A stretch of 63,117 bases of DNA, filler included, from Cercozoa sp. M6MM (GCA_040357565.1; 5 parts of 5 records of this genome joined end to end with filler, not necessarily neighbours in it); one strand, 5' to 3'. Shown: positions 38,650 through 54,997, counted from the whole stretch's first letter. Numbers and translations are program-made. Notes: a model not told the origin generated them from the letters alone.

Positions 38650-40428
38650 ATGTCCGCCCCAAGTGAATATGCTCTCGCCGAGCGACGCGAACGAATGCTG
38701 TCGAAACGTCGACAGCTTGCTGCTCGTCAGAAAAAGCTGTCACCCTTGCTCGGAATCAGCCCACTGCCGGCAGCACAAAAGAGCAGGAATGCAAAGCTCG
38801 ATCTCGGCTTTGGAAAACAAGGCGAGCAAGCGAAATCCTCTAAACAAGAGTTGTTAACCTCGTCTGCTCCGTCGCGGGTCCACAACGATCAGACAGACGC
38901 CGCGGTGGCACACTCGGAAGAAACTGAGTCGGTGGAGCACTACATTGTCGATCGCAACACAGACCAGAATCCACTCTCTCGCGGTGGAAGCGAGGATGAG
39001 AAGCGACTCTCGCGATCCTCCTCTTCCCGGAAGTCGAACGCATGGGAAGACACCAAGCACGACCGTATTAGACCACGCAACCCGAGCAGCTCGGCGAGCG
39101 AACGAAGTACAGCACCAACAAGACCGAGTGTGGAAACCGACATCGACGTCACAAGGTTTGGTCGCGACTCGTCGTTGACCGCGAGCGAGGTCCCCGGTGT
39201 CACTCGGCACAACAACGTGCCAGACCAAGCATCAGTTAACTCGATGCGCGCGTGGGCAACCACGCCAGTACTTCGAGGCACTGTGCTGCAGTGCCGAATC
39301 CTTCGCACGAAATCGAAGCGAATGTCGCACCTGAAGCGACTCGGTGGCGCCGGGCTCGTTCGTGAAAGCCTGCTGCAACTCCAGCTGGTTCTCGACGTTC
39401 GCAGCAGCAAGTCTAGTCCAGAAATGCGGCAGCGAGGTGGTGAGGTCATCATGTGCGCGCAAAAGCAAAGAGGCAACCGCACTTCGAACTTTCACATTGC
39501 CGTGTTTGACTCGCAAAGTGTGCCACTCGGTGGAGTCAACTGTTTCGACAAGCACAGCATGCGATACATCGGCAAAGTGCGCAGCAACTTTCTTGGTACC
39601 GAGTTTCGAGTGTTTGACGACGGGTCCAATCCCGACCGCAGCGTTCCGTCGCCCGATTCGCGCAAGCCGAGTCATCTGTGCCGTGTGCGTCGCGAACTCG
39701 CTGTTGTTCTCTATGTACTAGTTGCTTCGCTCCCAGAATGAGCTTTCGGTTTTATTCACCGTTGTTAGGAAAAGAATATTCTCGGCAGCCGAGGCCCGCG
39801 CAAAATGACTGTCTTGATGCCGCAACTCGGTATAGACGGGAAACCGCTGATATTCCGTCCTACCGCAGCTTCCGAGTCAGTGCTTCTTTCGCATTTTCAC
39901 GAGAGCAAAGATCGCCTGTTGTCCCGAAGTATTCACGAGGATGCACTTCCGAAGGACGACAGCCTTGAGGTCTCGAAAGACCGTGCCAATATGACTTACG
40001 GGGATGACGAACCGATACAAGTCTTGCACAACAGAAAGCCGCAGTGGAGCGAAGCCGTCGGTGCTTTTGTTCTCAACTTCAACGGGCGCGTCACCGAGGC
40101 CAGTGTTAAAAACTTCCAGCTCGAGCGACTGACCTCGCGCAGTGGAGCTTCCGCCAAGCGCACCTCCCGCGTCGATGTCGACAGTGGTCACTTTGACGAG
40201 AATAATCGGTACCATTGCTACATTCTCTTGTCGTAGAATGGTGGCATTCCACTTTATTTTGCCCTCAGGTACGACGGGACCGAAGGGACACGACAGCCCC
40301 CTGTTCTTCTGCAGTTTGGTCGCTGTGGGGCTGACGAGTTCGCCTTGGACGTCGGATGGCCATTCACACCACTTCAGGCATTTGGTATTGCCATCACGAG
40401 CCTCGAAAGCAAACTTGCGTGTGAGTAA
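38650..40428 (+). CDS. Tubby-like protein
   Basis: YIGKVRSNFLGTEFRVFD, RRELAVVLY, GPRKMTVL, VLNFNGRVTEASVKNFQL, LQFGR, PLQAFGIAITSLESKLACE*. Confidence 0.95.
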
Positions 40429-40620
40429 TTCCCGTCCGTTTCGTCACCATTGCAATCGAACCTTCAGTCAGGCATCCGTCGGGTACAGCGTCGTGCCTCC
40501 ACATGACTGTAATTTTCTGTCACGTTACTGTAGTTTCTCCTGCCCTCTCGGGTCCTTCTGAGACCTCTGTCACTCACTACTGGTAGTAAAGCTTCGGTTA
40601 TGTCTCGACTCATACTCTCT

Positions 40621-42425
<1,805 letters not shown>

Positions 42426-42861
42426 CAGGCACGCTGAATATACAGTTGTAAAAAGTGGCAGTTTTGCACCAAAGTCGAGGCGACCGAGGCGAGCGCTAGG
42501 ATCGATATCACAAGCAGCAACTTCTGTCATTACAAACATCGCTTCCCGAGACTTGAAAAAGGAACTTCAGATGCAAAAAGTACCATCGTGAGTGTTCAAC
42601 GGATTCGGCAACCAGTACACGTCTCGACTGTTCCGTCGCTTGCGGGAACAACAATTAGCAACCCGGAAGTGGTTCATGGCGTGGCACGGCGTCGGCCAGT
42701 CCGAATTCGGGCGCGCCGGGTGCTTCGCAGTTACCACACGTGTGACATAGTAGGTCCGGATTCGGCGGTTGCCACACGTGTGAGATAGCATGTCCGAATG
42801 TCCTTCCCGAGCCTTCAGGGCTTAACTAAAATAACATTTTTGTGCTTCAAGTAGTTTTCGT

Positions 42862-42917
42862 GGCCCATGAGACGACAAAGTCAGACCAGACCACTGCGGT
42901 TGGGCGATAAGCGCAGT
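42862..42917 (+). promoter_or_regulatory. U6 upstream (PSE/USE-like) element, copy 1
   Basis: GGCCCATGAG...CGCAGT conserved with copy 2 at identical -68 spacing. Confidence 0.7.
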
Positions 42918-42929
42918 TACTTTTCTCAG

Positions 42930-42952
42930 ATTGCCCTTCGGGGCATAATTCA

Positions 42953-42983
<31 letters not shown>

Positions 42984-43037
42984 GGTCCCTGCGTTAAGGA
43001 TGACACGAAAAATCCACGATTGTATCACACTTTTTTT
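42930..43037 (+). ncRNA. U6: U6 spliceosomal snRNA, copy 1
   Basis: 5' hairpin TGCCC-TTCG-GGGCA, then AAAATTGGAACGATACAGAGAAGATTAGCATGG...AAGGATGACACG, then T7 Pol III terminator. Confidence 0.97.
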
Positions 43038-43249
43038 GTAGCCGCGCGCGCTGTCTGCTCTGTTTCTTTCAGCCTTTCAGTTCCAATGCAACCGCAGTCG
43101 AACCTAGCCGAAGCTTGGCTATGACCACAGGCGCCTGCAGGCAAAGCAGGCGGGCAGGTACCTCAGTCAGTTTAATTTAGATAAATTGAATTTAGTACAA
43201 TAGTCCGAGCCATGCCAAACAAACGTCGTGTGAGCTGTCCTGTCCTTAC

Positions 43250-46190
43250 TTAGTAGCGTAAGACGGCCGAGTCTACTCGCAGGTGCCAGCGCAGCATGCC
43301 GCCCTGCCAAACAAGTCCAGTCAACAGTCAACAGTCAACAGAGAAACACAACACAAAAACAAAAACAAAAAACAAAAAAAAGGAGGTCAATCGTCAAGCA
43401 CCTCCATGTTGTAGACTTCGCCATCGTACTGCACCTCGCTGTCGCTGTGTACAACAGATGCAGTTCATTAACATGCGCGAGGGTAGAGCACACGGAGTAC
43501 GGGTCGCGCACAAAGTCGAGGAAGCGCCGAGTGGCCTTGACGGACTTGCGACCGCGCCGACAGATAAAAATTAGCGCCGCGTGCTGCGACGCCGCCGAGC
43601 GTGCCAACTCGGCACACTTTGTCTCCGTCAGCTGTGGCACAAACACGCTTGTTTGACTGGACCGGATCCAGTACTGGACTGGACTGGATCCCACTGGACC
43701 ACTGGATCCAACTGGACCACCGGATCCCACTGGACCACGGGATCCAACTGGACTGGATCCAGTACTGGACAGGATCCCACTGGACTGGACTGGACTGGAC
43801 TAGTACCTCAGGAAGTGGCACCGACACGGCGTCGCGGAAGGACGTGATGGCATACTCGTGCGGAGGCCGCACGTCGATCAGCAGCAGTTCCTGAGGGAGA
43901 GGAGAGGGGATATAGGGAGAGGTAAATTTAAAGGGGTAAGGAACGCGCGGAGGGGGTACCTCCTGTGCCTGCATACGCTGCAGCAACGCCGTCGGCAGCA
44001 GCGACGGCACCGTTTTCGCCAAGTTGGCCGACATCTCCAGTGTCGCTTCGTCACTGCACACACACACATGCACACACACATGCACACACACACATGCACA
44101 CACACATATGCACACACACACACGTTACCCACCCCCCTGTTTTCCCTCTCTCACACTCATCTGTACCCCCCAGAACCGCAAGCGAAACTGTCGGTGTCCT
44201 TCTCGCCGATCAGACCGCGAGCGCGCACTTTGTCCACCTCAGCGTCCTGACGTTCCCGCAGACTGTGTGGCCATAATAGACTCTGTACTGCATCAAAGAA
44301 ACGGCCCACATCGACCGCACTGTGTGTACCGAACAGTGCGTGTGCGCATCGACAGGGCGTCCAGCAGAAGCAGGCGACCCGACAGACACTGACCAAAGCC
44401 GCCGAGCACCTGCACAACATGTGACCACTTGAGCGACCACTTGAGTGACCACTTGAGTGACTTGACCCTCAGTGACCACCTGAGTGATCACGTGGAGTGC
44501 TACCTTCATCGCCTCGAGTGCCTGGACAGAGCCGGCGATGCCAGGCACGACACCGAGGACTGCAACACCAAAGTTCACCCCTCCCCTTAGCCCCCTCCCT
44601 CCCCCTAGAGCACTGAGACTACCTCCAGCAGACGAGCAGGACTGCGTAGAGTTCTTGGCAGGTGGCTACAACAAGACGGTTCCCGGAGAGTTCCCGGAAA
44701 GGTTGTGTAAGATGAAGGGAAGGATGAGTATACATCAGGCCAGACACAGCGGTAGGTGGGTCCTCCCTGGAAGTTGAACACGCTGACTTGCAGGTCGGTG
44801 CGTACGGCACCGGCCCTGCACACATGGGCCAGAGTGCGGGTACACTACATGCACCGGGAGAGGACAGGGCTGTACCACACGAGCGGAATGTCCAGGATCA
44901 CCGAGATGTCGTTGCACAGGTAGCTAGATTTGGCATACATACCCCATTACATACCCCATACATACCCCCCCACCCCGTGTCCCTCAATGTGCAGGTGTAC
45001 CGAGTGGCGGCATTGTCGCTGCAGTCCAACAGAACGTCGGCATCGTGCGGTACCACCTCCAGTGCGTCCTCTGTGTACAGTATCTAGGCAGACACACACA
45101 CACACAGGGTGTTTCTAGTGTACCAGCAGTAAGGTAGGTCAGCACAGTGTCGATGTGCACCTGCGGGTTCAGTGCCTGGCACGCCTGCTTGGCCGACTCG
45201 GCCTTGGGCACGCCAACGCGCGCGTCTGTGTGCGCGATCTGCCGCTGGAGGTTCGAGCGCTCCACTTCGTCGCCCTGCCACGCACAGCGACAAATACAGA
45301 ACCAATCTAGAGATACACGCGCAAAATAAACCATGACATCAATACATCACGAAATACTCTTCAAAAATAAACATACAATTCGACAGAGTTAAATAGACAA
45401 CTAGAATAAACAACAAATATTAAATTAAACAAACAAAACAAGACCAAACAAAACAAGACCAAACAAACACTGGAAAGAAAAGGCAGTGTTACGTCAATGA
45501 TGGTGATGTGGCCCACACCGGCTGCCGCCAAAAACAGCAGCGCACTGCTGCCTAGTCCGCCCGCACCTACGACGACGGCCTTGCTTTTGCACAGTCTGAG
45601 GTCAAACTCAGTGTCGACAGAACTCACCTTACAGGGGAGGGCTCAAACTGCGACCTACCGAGACTGGGCCTCCGCACCCACGTTGGGCAGTGCCAGGTGA
45701 CGCGCGTACCGATGCACCTGCTCAGAGGCACAGCTAGACCCGAAAGTGGCAGTACAACAGCTGAATTACCTGCTCTTGCGAGAGATCGCACTCCGTCATC
45801 GGCACCTCTGGCAACACAGATCAACTTGCATTACTTTGCACTGGTGATTGAGTGAACATGTCAATCTACCGTGGTTGCCCATATTGGCGTTTTCCTTGTC
45901 CATTACTGGCAAAAAACAATAATCCAACTTCTCAGTTCCTCGCACAGCTTGTTTACGACTCTCCATCGCCGACAAACAGCGAAAGAAACTTCTTTAAAAA
46001 TCACAATAGACTATTCCAGCGCTCCGATGCTTGTGATTCTGTGCCTCGCTTTCCCAGTTAATAGTTTCCAGACGTGGTTTTAGTTTGGTACCTGCTTGTC
46101 TTGTGACAGTGCAAGTTTGGGCGCTCGTTTTTCGGGCTTTTTGGGACCAGTAGCTTTGCGCAACCGCAGCCTAAAGAGAGATGAGCTCAT
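43250..46190 (-). CDS. MOCS3: Adenylyltransferase/sulfurtransferase MOCS3/UBA4 (ThiF + rhodanese)
   Basis: RYARHLALP, VVGAGGLGS, DEVERSNLQRQ, GGPTYRCVWP, GVVPGIAGSVQALEA, LLIDVRP, ICRRG, GGMLRW; start may be 46190, 45859 or 45799. Confidence 0.93.
43656..43805. repeat. Intronic quasi-palindromic minisatellite (ACTGG/GGATCC units)
   Basis: Repeats of ACTGGACC/ACTGGATCCAGT. Confidence 0.85.
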
Positions 46191-46272
46191 AGTATTTTGA
46201 GCCGATAGGACGGACAAAAGTGCGATTTTGGACGAAGCTTCGAAACCACGAACCAACCGTGACGTCGACTCG

Positions 46273-47977
46273 ATGTTTTCACTTTCTCGTACTGTCCGTA
46301 CACACAAGTTTTACACAGGTACCACAGTGTACATGAGAACACTTTCAGCCTGTGGGCTTGCAAGTCAAGCAAAGCATGGTCACACCGACCGACTCACAAC
46401 TTGCGATTTCTCGCCGATTGGCTGGTCATTTTGTGTTTGTGCAGCTTCCCGCCTGCTCTCCGCGATGCCGAAGATTGCCGTCCAGAACCCCGTCGTTGAG
46501 CTCGACGGCGATGAGATGACGCGTCTCGTGTGGCGTCTCATCAAGGTGCGGTCCGAGTCGTTCGAAAGAACAATGAGTGGATGGATATCGATCGTGGTGC
46601 TTTTGCAGGAGAAGCTCATCTTCCCGTACGTCGACTTTGGAGCCGACAACGAGATGATCAAGTACTACGACCTCTCCGTGACGAGTCGCGACGAGACCAG
46701 CGACGCCATCACGCTTGAGGTCAGTTCGCTGTGTCTATGTGTCAGTGTCTGTGACCTGTGTGTGTGTTGTGACCCAGGCTGCTGAGGCCATCAAGCAGTA
46801 CAACGTCGGTACACACAGCAACAGCGCTTCCCTCTCTTGAACTGTTGTTTCACTGGGTGTTCTGACGGTGCTCGAAGGCATCAAGTGCGCCACGATCACG
46901 CCGGACGAGGCACGTGTCAAGGAGTTCAGCCTCAAGAAGATGTGGCGCTCGCCTAACGGCACGATCCGCAACCACCTGCAGGTGCTCCTTTAGCTCCTCT
47001 TTCTCCTACACCCCATATCCTTTCGATGTACCCTGACCCTGGCGCACAGGGCGTCGTGTTCCGCGAGCCTATCATTCTGAGCAACGTGCCGCGTCTCGTT
47101 CCGGGCTGGACCAAGCCGATCGTTATCGGTCGCCACGGTAGCCTTCGCCCCTCTTACCCCTCTCACCCCCTCTCACCCCTCCGTGTATGTGTGATGGCGC
47201 AGCGCACGCTGATCAGTACAAGGCGCAGGACCGCGTCTTCACGGGCCCGGGCACTCTCAAGTAGGCCACCCATACCGTGTCCATAGACCTCGATCTACCC
47301 GATGTCCATGTCTTGCCAGGATGGTGTTCCAGCCGGCCGACGGTTCGCCGGCGGAGGAGATCGACGTCTATAAGTTCCAGGGCGAGTCGGCGGTACACAT
47401 GCTTTGTGCTGGTCTGTACGAATAATGTATAGATAATATATATATATATATATATCTATAGATAATATAGATAGATAGATAGATATAAATATTGATATAG
47501 ATTTATATGCAGGATGTTATGTGTCTATGTACAGGCGGGCGTCGGCATGGCAATGTACAACACAGACAAGTCGATCGAAGGCTTTGCGCGCGCGTCGTTC
47601 GAGTACGCGCTGCAGCGCGGCTTCCCGCTGTACCTGTCGACCAAGAACACGATCCTCAAGGCGTACGACGGCCGCTTCAAGGACATCTTTGCCGAACTGT
47701 ACGAGGCCGAGTACAAGGTGCTCTATCCTCTCTCTATATCTGTGTCTGTATATAGTTGTACATATTTTAACCATATCGATCAGGGCCGCTTCGAGGCCGC
47801 GGGCATCTGGTACGAGCACCGGCTGATCGACGACATGGTGGCGCAGGCGCTCAAGAACGAAGGCGGCTTTGTCTGGGCTTGCAAGAACTACGACGGCGAC
47901 GTGCAGAGCGACACGCTGGCGCAGGGCTTTGGCTCGCTGGTAGAGCCTTCTACAACTTCCCTCCGTATATGTTCTGT

Positions 47978-48010
<33 letters not shown>

Positions 48011-48690
48011 GTGTGTGTGTGTCTCAGGGTCTCATGACGTCGGTTCTGGTGTGTCCCGACGGCAAGACCATCGAGGCTGAGGCTGCTCATGGCATGTCTA
48101 CCTCTATAACATACCTATATGTATAGATACTTATGTCAACATTAAGCAGGCACGGTGACGCGTCACTGGCGTCGCTGGCAGCAGGGCGAGGGTAGTACCC
48201 CTTCGTCCTGAGACCACTGAATACCTGGTGTATGTGCGATTGGACTGAGCAGAGACGAGCACGAACCCGATCGCGTCAATCTTTGCCTGGACGCGTGGTA
48301 CCGCTTGCTCCTACCCATACCCTCCCAGATAGAGGGTGCTGAACAGGCCTGGCGCACCGCGGCCGTCTGGACGGCAACCAGGACCTCGTGCAGTTTACCG
48401 AGAAGCTCGAGCAGGTCTGCAAGGACACGGTGGAGTCGGGCTTCATGACCAAGGTACTCACGGCACGCAACTCTGCATGCACACGCGCACGCACATGTAT
48501 GTATATATATATATGCATGTATTTCAGGACCTCGCCCTGTGCATCCACGGCAAGAACCTGCAGCGTGAGCACTACATGGTAGTCTTGCTTTAACTCTCAC
48601 TTTGCCCCGTTACTCCCGTGTGCGCAGGAGACGGTGGCCTTCCTGGACAAGATCTCGGACAACCTCGCCGAGCGCATGCAGACGCAGTAA
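46273..48690 (+). CDS. IDH: NADP-dependent isocitrate dehydrogenase; conserved part starts at 46465, upstream exon adds a presequence-like peptide
   Basis: [66 protein letters not shown]; 14 introns within the conserved CDS. Confidence 0.97.
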
Positions 48691-49428
48691 CTTTCCTCTG
48701 TTTTTTCGTGTCGTTTTTGCTGCAGTTTAATGATGTATTTAACCGTATTGCCGATACTGTACCATACCGTACGAGGTGTGTGTATATATACGTGTAAGTG
48801 GTGTCATGTGTTGCAATTAGGTAAGTGCAGAGGAGCGAGTGCGCTGTGAGGACTCACGAGATCGTGTCCTTCGCTTCGGCCATTTGGACGCGATCTCTAA
48901 GGCCAGCCAGAGAGACTAGGCTTCTTGCTTGTGTTAGTATCAACTGTATTATCCCACTCGATACGTCGAGTCGCGCGTCGGCAAAATAACTGTCGACTGC
49001 ATGTGCGTACGTGTCAGCAGGTTAGATCTGCAATACAATTACGAACATGGTTTCATAAAACTGACCCATGACCGGTGCTGTCGGCATCTGTGGCACTTTG
49101 CCGGGAGCGTAGTTTCGGTACCTCACCGAAGGACCACCCTGTGTCAGTGGGATGCAGCTAGGGGTGCACTGACACTCCATGTCAATGTTCCTCGCAGGTA
49201 TTGGGGTCAGCGTCTTGCCGATCGCTCTTGGCCGCAGTTGTTCATCTTATTCCGGTGCAGGGTGACAGCAAAAGGCTGCCTCATAGTGTGCGCACTCTAG
49301 TGTTCGATATGTGTGTCATCTCCTTGCGTAGTCACATTTTTTTTGTGGTCTGATAGGGGTAGTTTGGAATGCACGCGCAAGGGAGAATCGAAAGGCTGAA
49401 AGAAACAGAGCAGACAGCGCGCGGCTAC

Positions 49429-49483
49429 AAAAAAAAGTGTGATACAATCGTGGATTTTTCGTGTCATCCTTAACGCAGGGACC

Positions 49484-49514
<31 letters not shown>

Positions 49515-49537
49515 TGAATTATGCCCCGAAGGGCAAT
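49429..49537 (-). ncRNA. U6: U6 spliceosomal snRNA, copy 2
   Basis: Reverse complement identical to copy 1, with a T8 terminator. Confidence 0.97.
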
Positions 49538-49549
49538 TCAATCGGTGAT

Positions 49550-49605
49550 ACTGCGTTTGTCGCCGGACCGCAGTGTTCTGATCTGACTTTATCGCCTCAT
49601 GGGCC
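49550..49605 (-). promoter_or_regulatory. U6 upstream element, copy 2
   Basis: Reverse complement GGCCCATGAGGCGATAAAGTCAGATCAGAACACTGCGGTCCGGCGACAAACGCAGT. Confidence 0.7.
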
Positions 49606-49725
49606 TAGTAATATCTGAAGCACTCTGTAACAATTGTCGTTTGATCTATTCTAACACAACGCTGCACGTCTTCCACCGCAGCTGACAATAACAACAAGTA
49701 ATGCTTTCTTCCGTTGCTAGAAAAC

Positions 49726-51281
49726 ATGATCGGATCGAAAGTTAAGGCTGTTGCGCGTGCTGCTCGTATCTGTCGCGTCTGCTTTGCGCTGCCATAATTT
49801 TTGGCTAGTTCGAAGAGCTAAAGTTCCAGGATGCAGCACGCTGGTCTCGAAGCGAACCGTTACGTGCAGGTATCGGCATTGCGATATCCTTTTCATGTTG
49901 TTTATCGATAACCGGGTGCCCCCCACAGATGGCACTGCGCCTGATGCACCAGGCCGAGCACGAGGATGCCGCTTCCTGCGAGTCGCTCGAGGAGTGGAAG
50001 TACCATGCCTCTTCTAGTTCGCTGATTAGTTGCACTACAGAGTGACTCTAAAGGGAGCTCCATGCTCACCACACACTGCATGACGTCTTTCGAAGCTTTG
50101 TTCGCGAAATCGTCGATCTAATGGATTCTGGGGTACTGTATTTTGGAGCCAAACTTTGCCTCACTGTTTGATTGAGTTTTTCGGCACTGTCTACCGGCAG
50201 TTGGACTCGCTGTTGAGCGACGCAGAACGCCCGCTCTTTAAGAAGCGCATGCTCGAACTTGTCGACAATGTTTGGCTGTACAGTGCACTGCTCTGCATCC
50301 TAGAGTTCTTTGGCGACTGCTGTCTATTCTGTAGGCATAACATCGACACCTTGAATCCTGCGAACTCTAAAATGTGTGTGATGATGCCTTGCCGTTGTTG
50401 TCTGAACAACATGCACATAAATTGTTTTGTAGCAAGATGCGCGAGCTCCTTCAGTGGTCGCGTCTTGTCGCTCTCATCGGCTACGCCTGTCGTGCTGTCG
50501 AGGTACTGCACTTCTTTCAAAGACATGTTTCTCAGAAATGCGTTGGTTGTGCCCTGCAGCGTGCAGAGGCGCGCCTGTTTTTGGGTTCACTCACGCTGAT
50601 CCCATTGGTCCAAGAAGACTCCTTTGGTATAGACTCATTAAAAAATGATCTATGTATCTATATATGGTTTCTAACGTCTGGCTATTTGTAAAACAGAGAG
50701 TCTCGGCAGTGCCGGACTGAGCACGCAGCAGGACGCCGAGTGGCTCACGTCGCTCCATGCTGATCCGTTTGGCCCGGTACCTGACACTTCGTCTGTACCG
50801 CTGTCAAGTGTACTGTACAAGTGGCCCTGGCAGAACATTCCTGAGGAAGAGATTAAGCGGCACTGCATTGACGCCTGGCGTCGCTTGCGGCGCTTTGTGT
50901 CTCAAGCACCCTCAGACCTAGAGTGCCTTCTCGATATTGAGTATGGTATATGCCAATTGACTTCTCTCGAGTAGGACCTTCGCCGTTGCCTGTGCTGGTG
51001 ACTGTGTGTCGCCGCAAGTCAAGGCAGAGTTTAAGTTTGTCGACGCAGCGCCGACGTCGGCCAGCGACGAGGGACTCTTCACTGTCCTGCTTCCGGAGTT
51101 TGTACCCTCCCACGCTCTTCCGCAGCTACTTATTTTCTTGTCATTACCATTGATTGTTTAGGTTGCCTGGGCGCTCCGTCGCAGTGACGAAAAGCGTCAG
51201 TTGCGCCAGCTGTACGACTCCACGTTGCAGCGTCTCCGGACGAGTGGCCCCGACGCCAAAAAATCGTGCCTCACCATGTAG
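49726..51281 (+). CDS. Hypothetical protein (multi-exon)
   Basis: Splice-consistent exons ELHAHHTLHDVFRSFVREIVDLMDSG, LDSLLSDAERPLFKKRMLELV, KMRELLQWSRLVALIGY, ...PDAKKSCLTM*. Confidence 0.55.
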
Positions 51282-51683
51282 TTTAAAGTTCAAAGTTAAT
51301 TCGCTGCACATGGGGATAGACTCACTTAGAGTTGGTGGAAGATCAGATTCAGTTAAGCACGGGTGCACCGCAGGACGCGGGCATTGATAATTAACAGCAG
51401 GCCTTCAGGCGGGCAAAGACCGGGGCCTACAGAACCACGCTGAATGAAGTACGAAACTACACATCCTACACCAAAACGTGAACACTTTCAGCAAGGAAAA
51501 ACAACAGGAACTATTGAGCAGCATATAAATTTTATTGCCTGCAACCCAAAGAAAGGCCGTACATTGTATGCTTATTGCTTATGGAGAAGAGCAGCCACAA
51601 ACCGCAAGATCACCGACGCTGGACTGGGCGGGATACCACAAAGAAGGAGAAAGACTCTCGGTAGGGTCATCAAGACAGAGACT

Positions 51684-51742
51684 CCGGACTGGTGCAGGGG
51701 AACACATAGCTGGTTTTCTAGAAGACTCAACGAACTAACTAA
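51684..51742 (+). repeat. Copy of the dispersed repeat 3' tail
   Basis: GACTGGTGCAGGGGAACACATAGCTGGTTTTCTAGAAGACTCAACGAACTAACTAA is about 90% identical to the reverse complement of 20380-20438. Confidence 0.8.
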
Positions 51743-52116
51743 CGATCTAATTCAGTTGAGGACTATACTACCCCGAAACGAGGTTTGAGTAATCAGAGCG
51801 GTATCTGCTGGAGTCGCATTAGGTTTTGAAGCAATTCGCTGTTTTTCACCGCTCCGAATTGAGTCATGCCCCCGTGTATTTACGCTACCCTGGTTTTCGC
51901 ATCAGTCGGCATTGGCATCAAACGACTGAAACTGTCTCCCAAATCACAGTAGTACCGAGTTGTAAGAAGGGCAGTACGTATCTGTACAGTTACTGTCCAA
52001 GGTGTGAGCTGAAAGAGTCCGTTTCCGGTGGAGCCTTTAAGGCTCAGGCACCGCTTTACCCAAAACCTTGACCTAATTGAACAGTAAACTGATAGAAACC
52101 GAGATCAAACAAGCGT

Positions 52117-54788
<2,672 letters not shown>

Positions 54789-54997
54789 CCTGCGGTGGTG
54801 AAGGCAGATAAGTAAGGAGCTCAAGCAAATGAGGCTCTAGCAATGACTCTGACTCAGTTCTCCGCGCGGAAGTGGAGTCGTATCTTCGCTACGCAAATGT
54901 TACGATAGCTAAAACCTAACAGCTGCAGGCTGCCAGATCTACGCTAGAGCCGCGTCAAATTGAAATTTGTCATTCGTCAACAGCCCAAGGCCAGAGC

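Noticed and set aside
48819-48826. AGGTAAGT, the complement of the U1 5' end
   Set aside because: Adjacent sequence shows no U1 stem-loops or Sm site.
48870-48955. Resemblance to the U2 snRNA 5' end (CTTCGGCCATTTGG...GTGTTAGTATC)
   Set aside because: Branch-recognition GTGTAGTA is imperfect, spacing is about 30 nt too long, and there is no helix II complement to the local U6.
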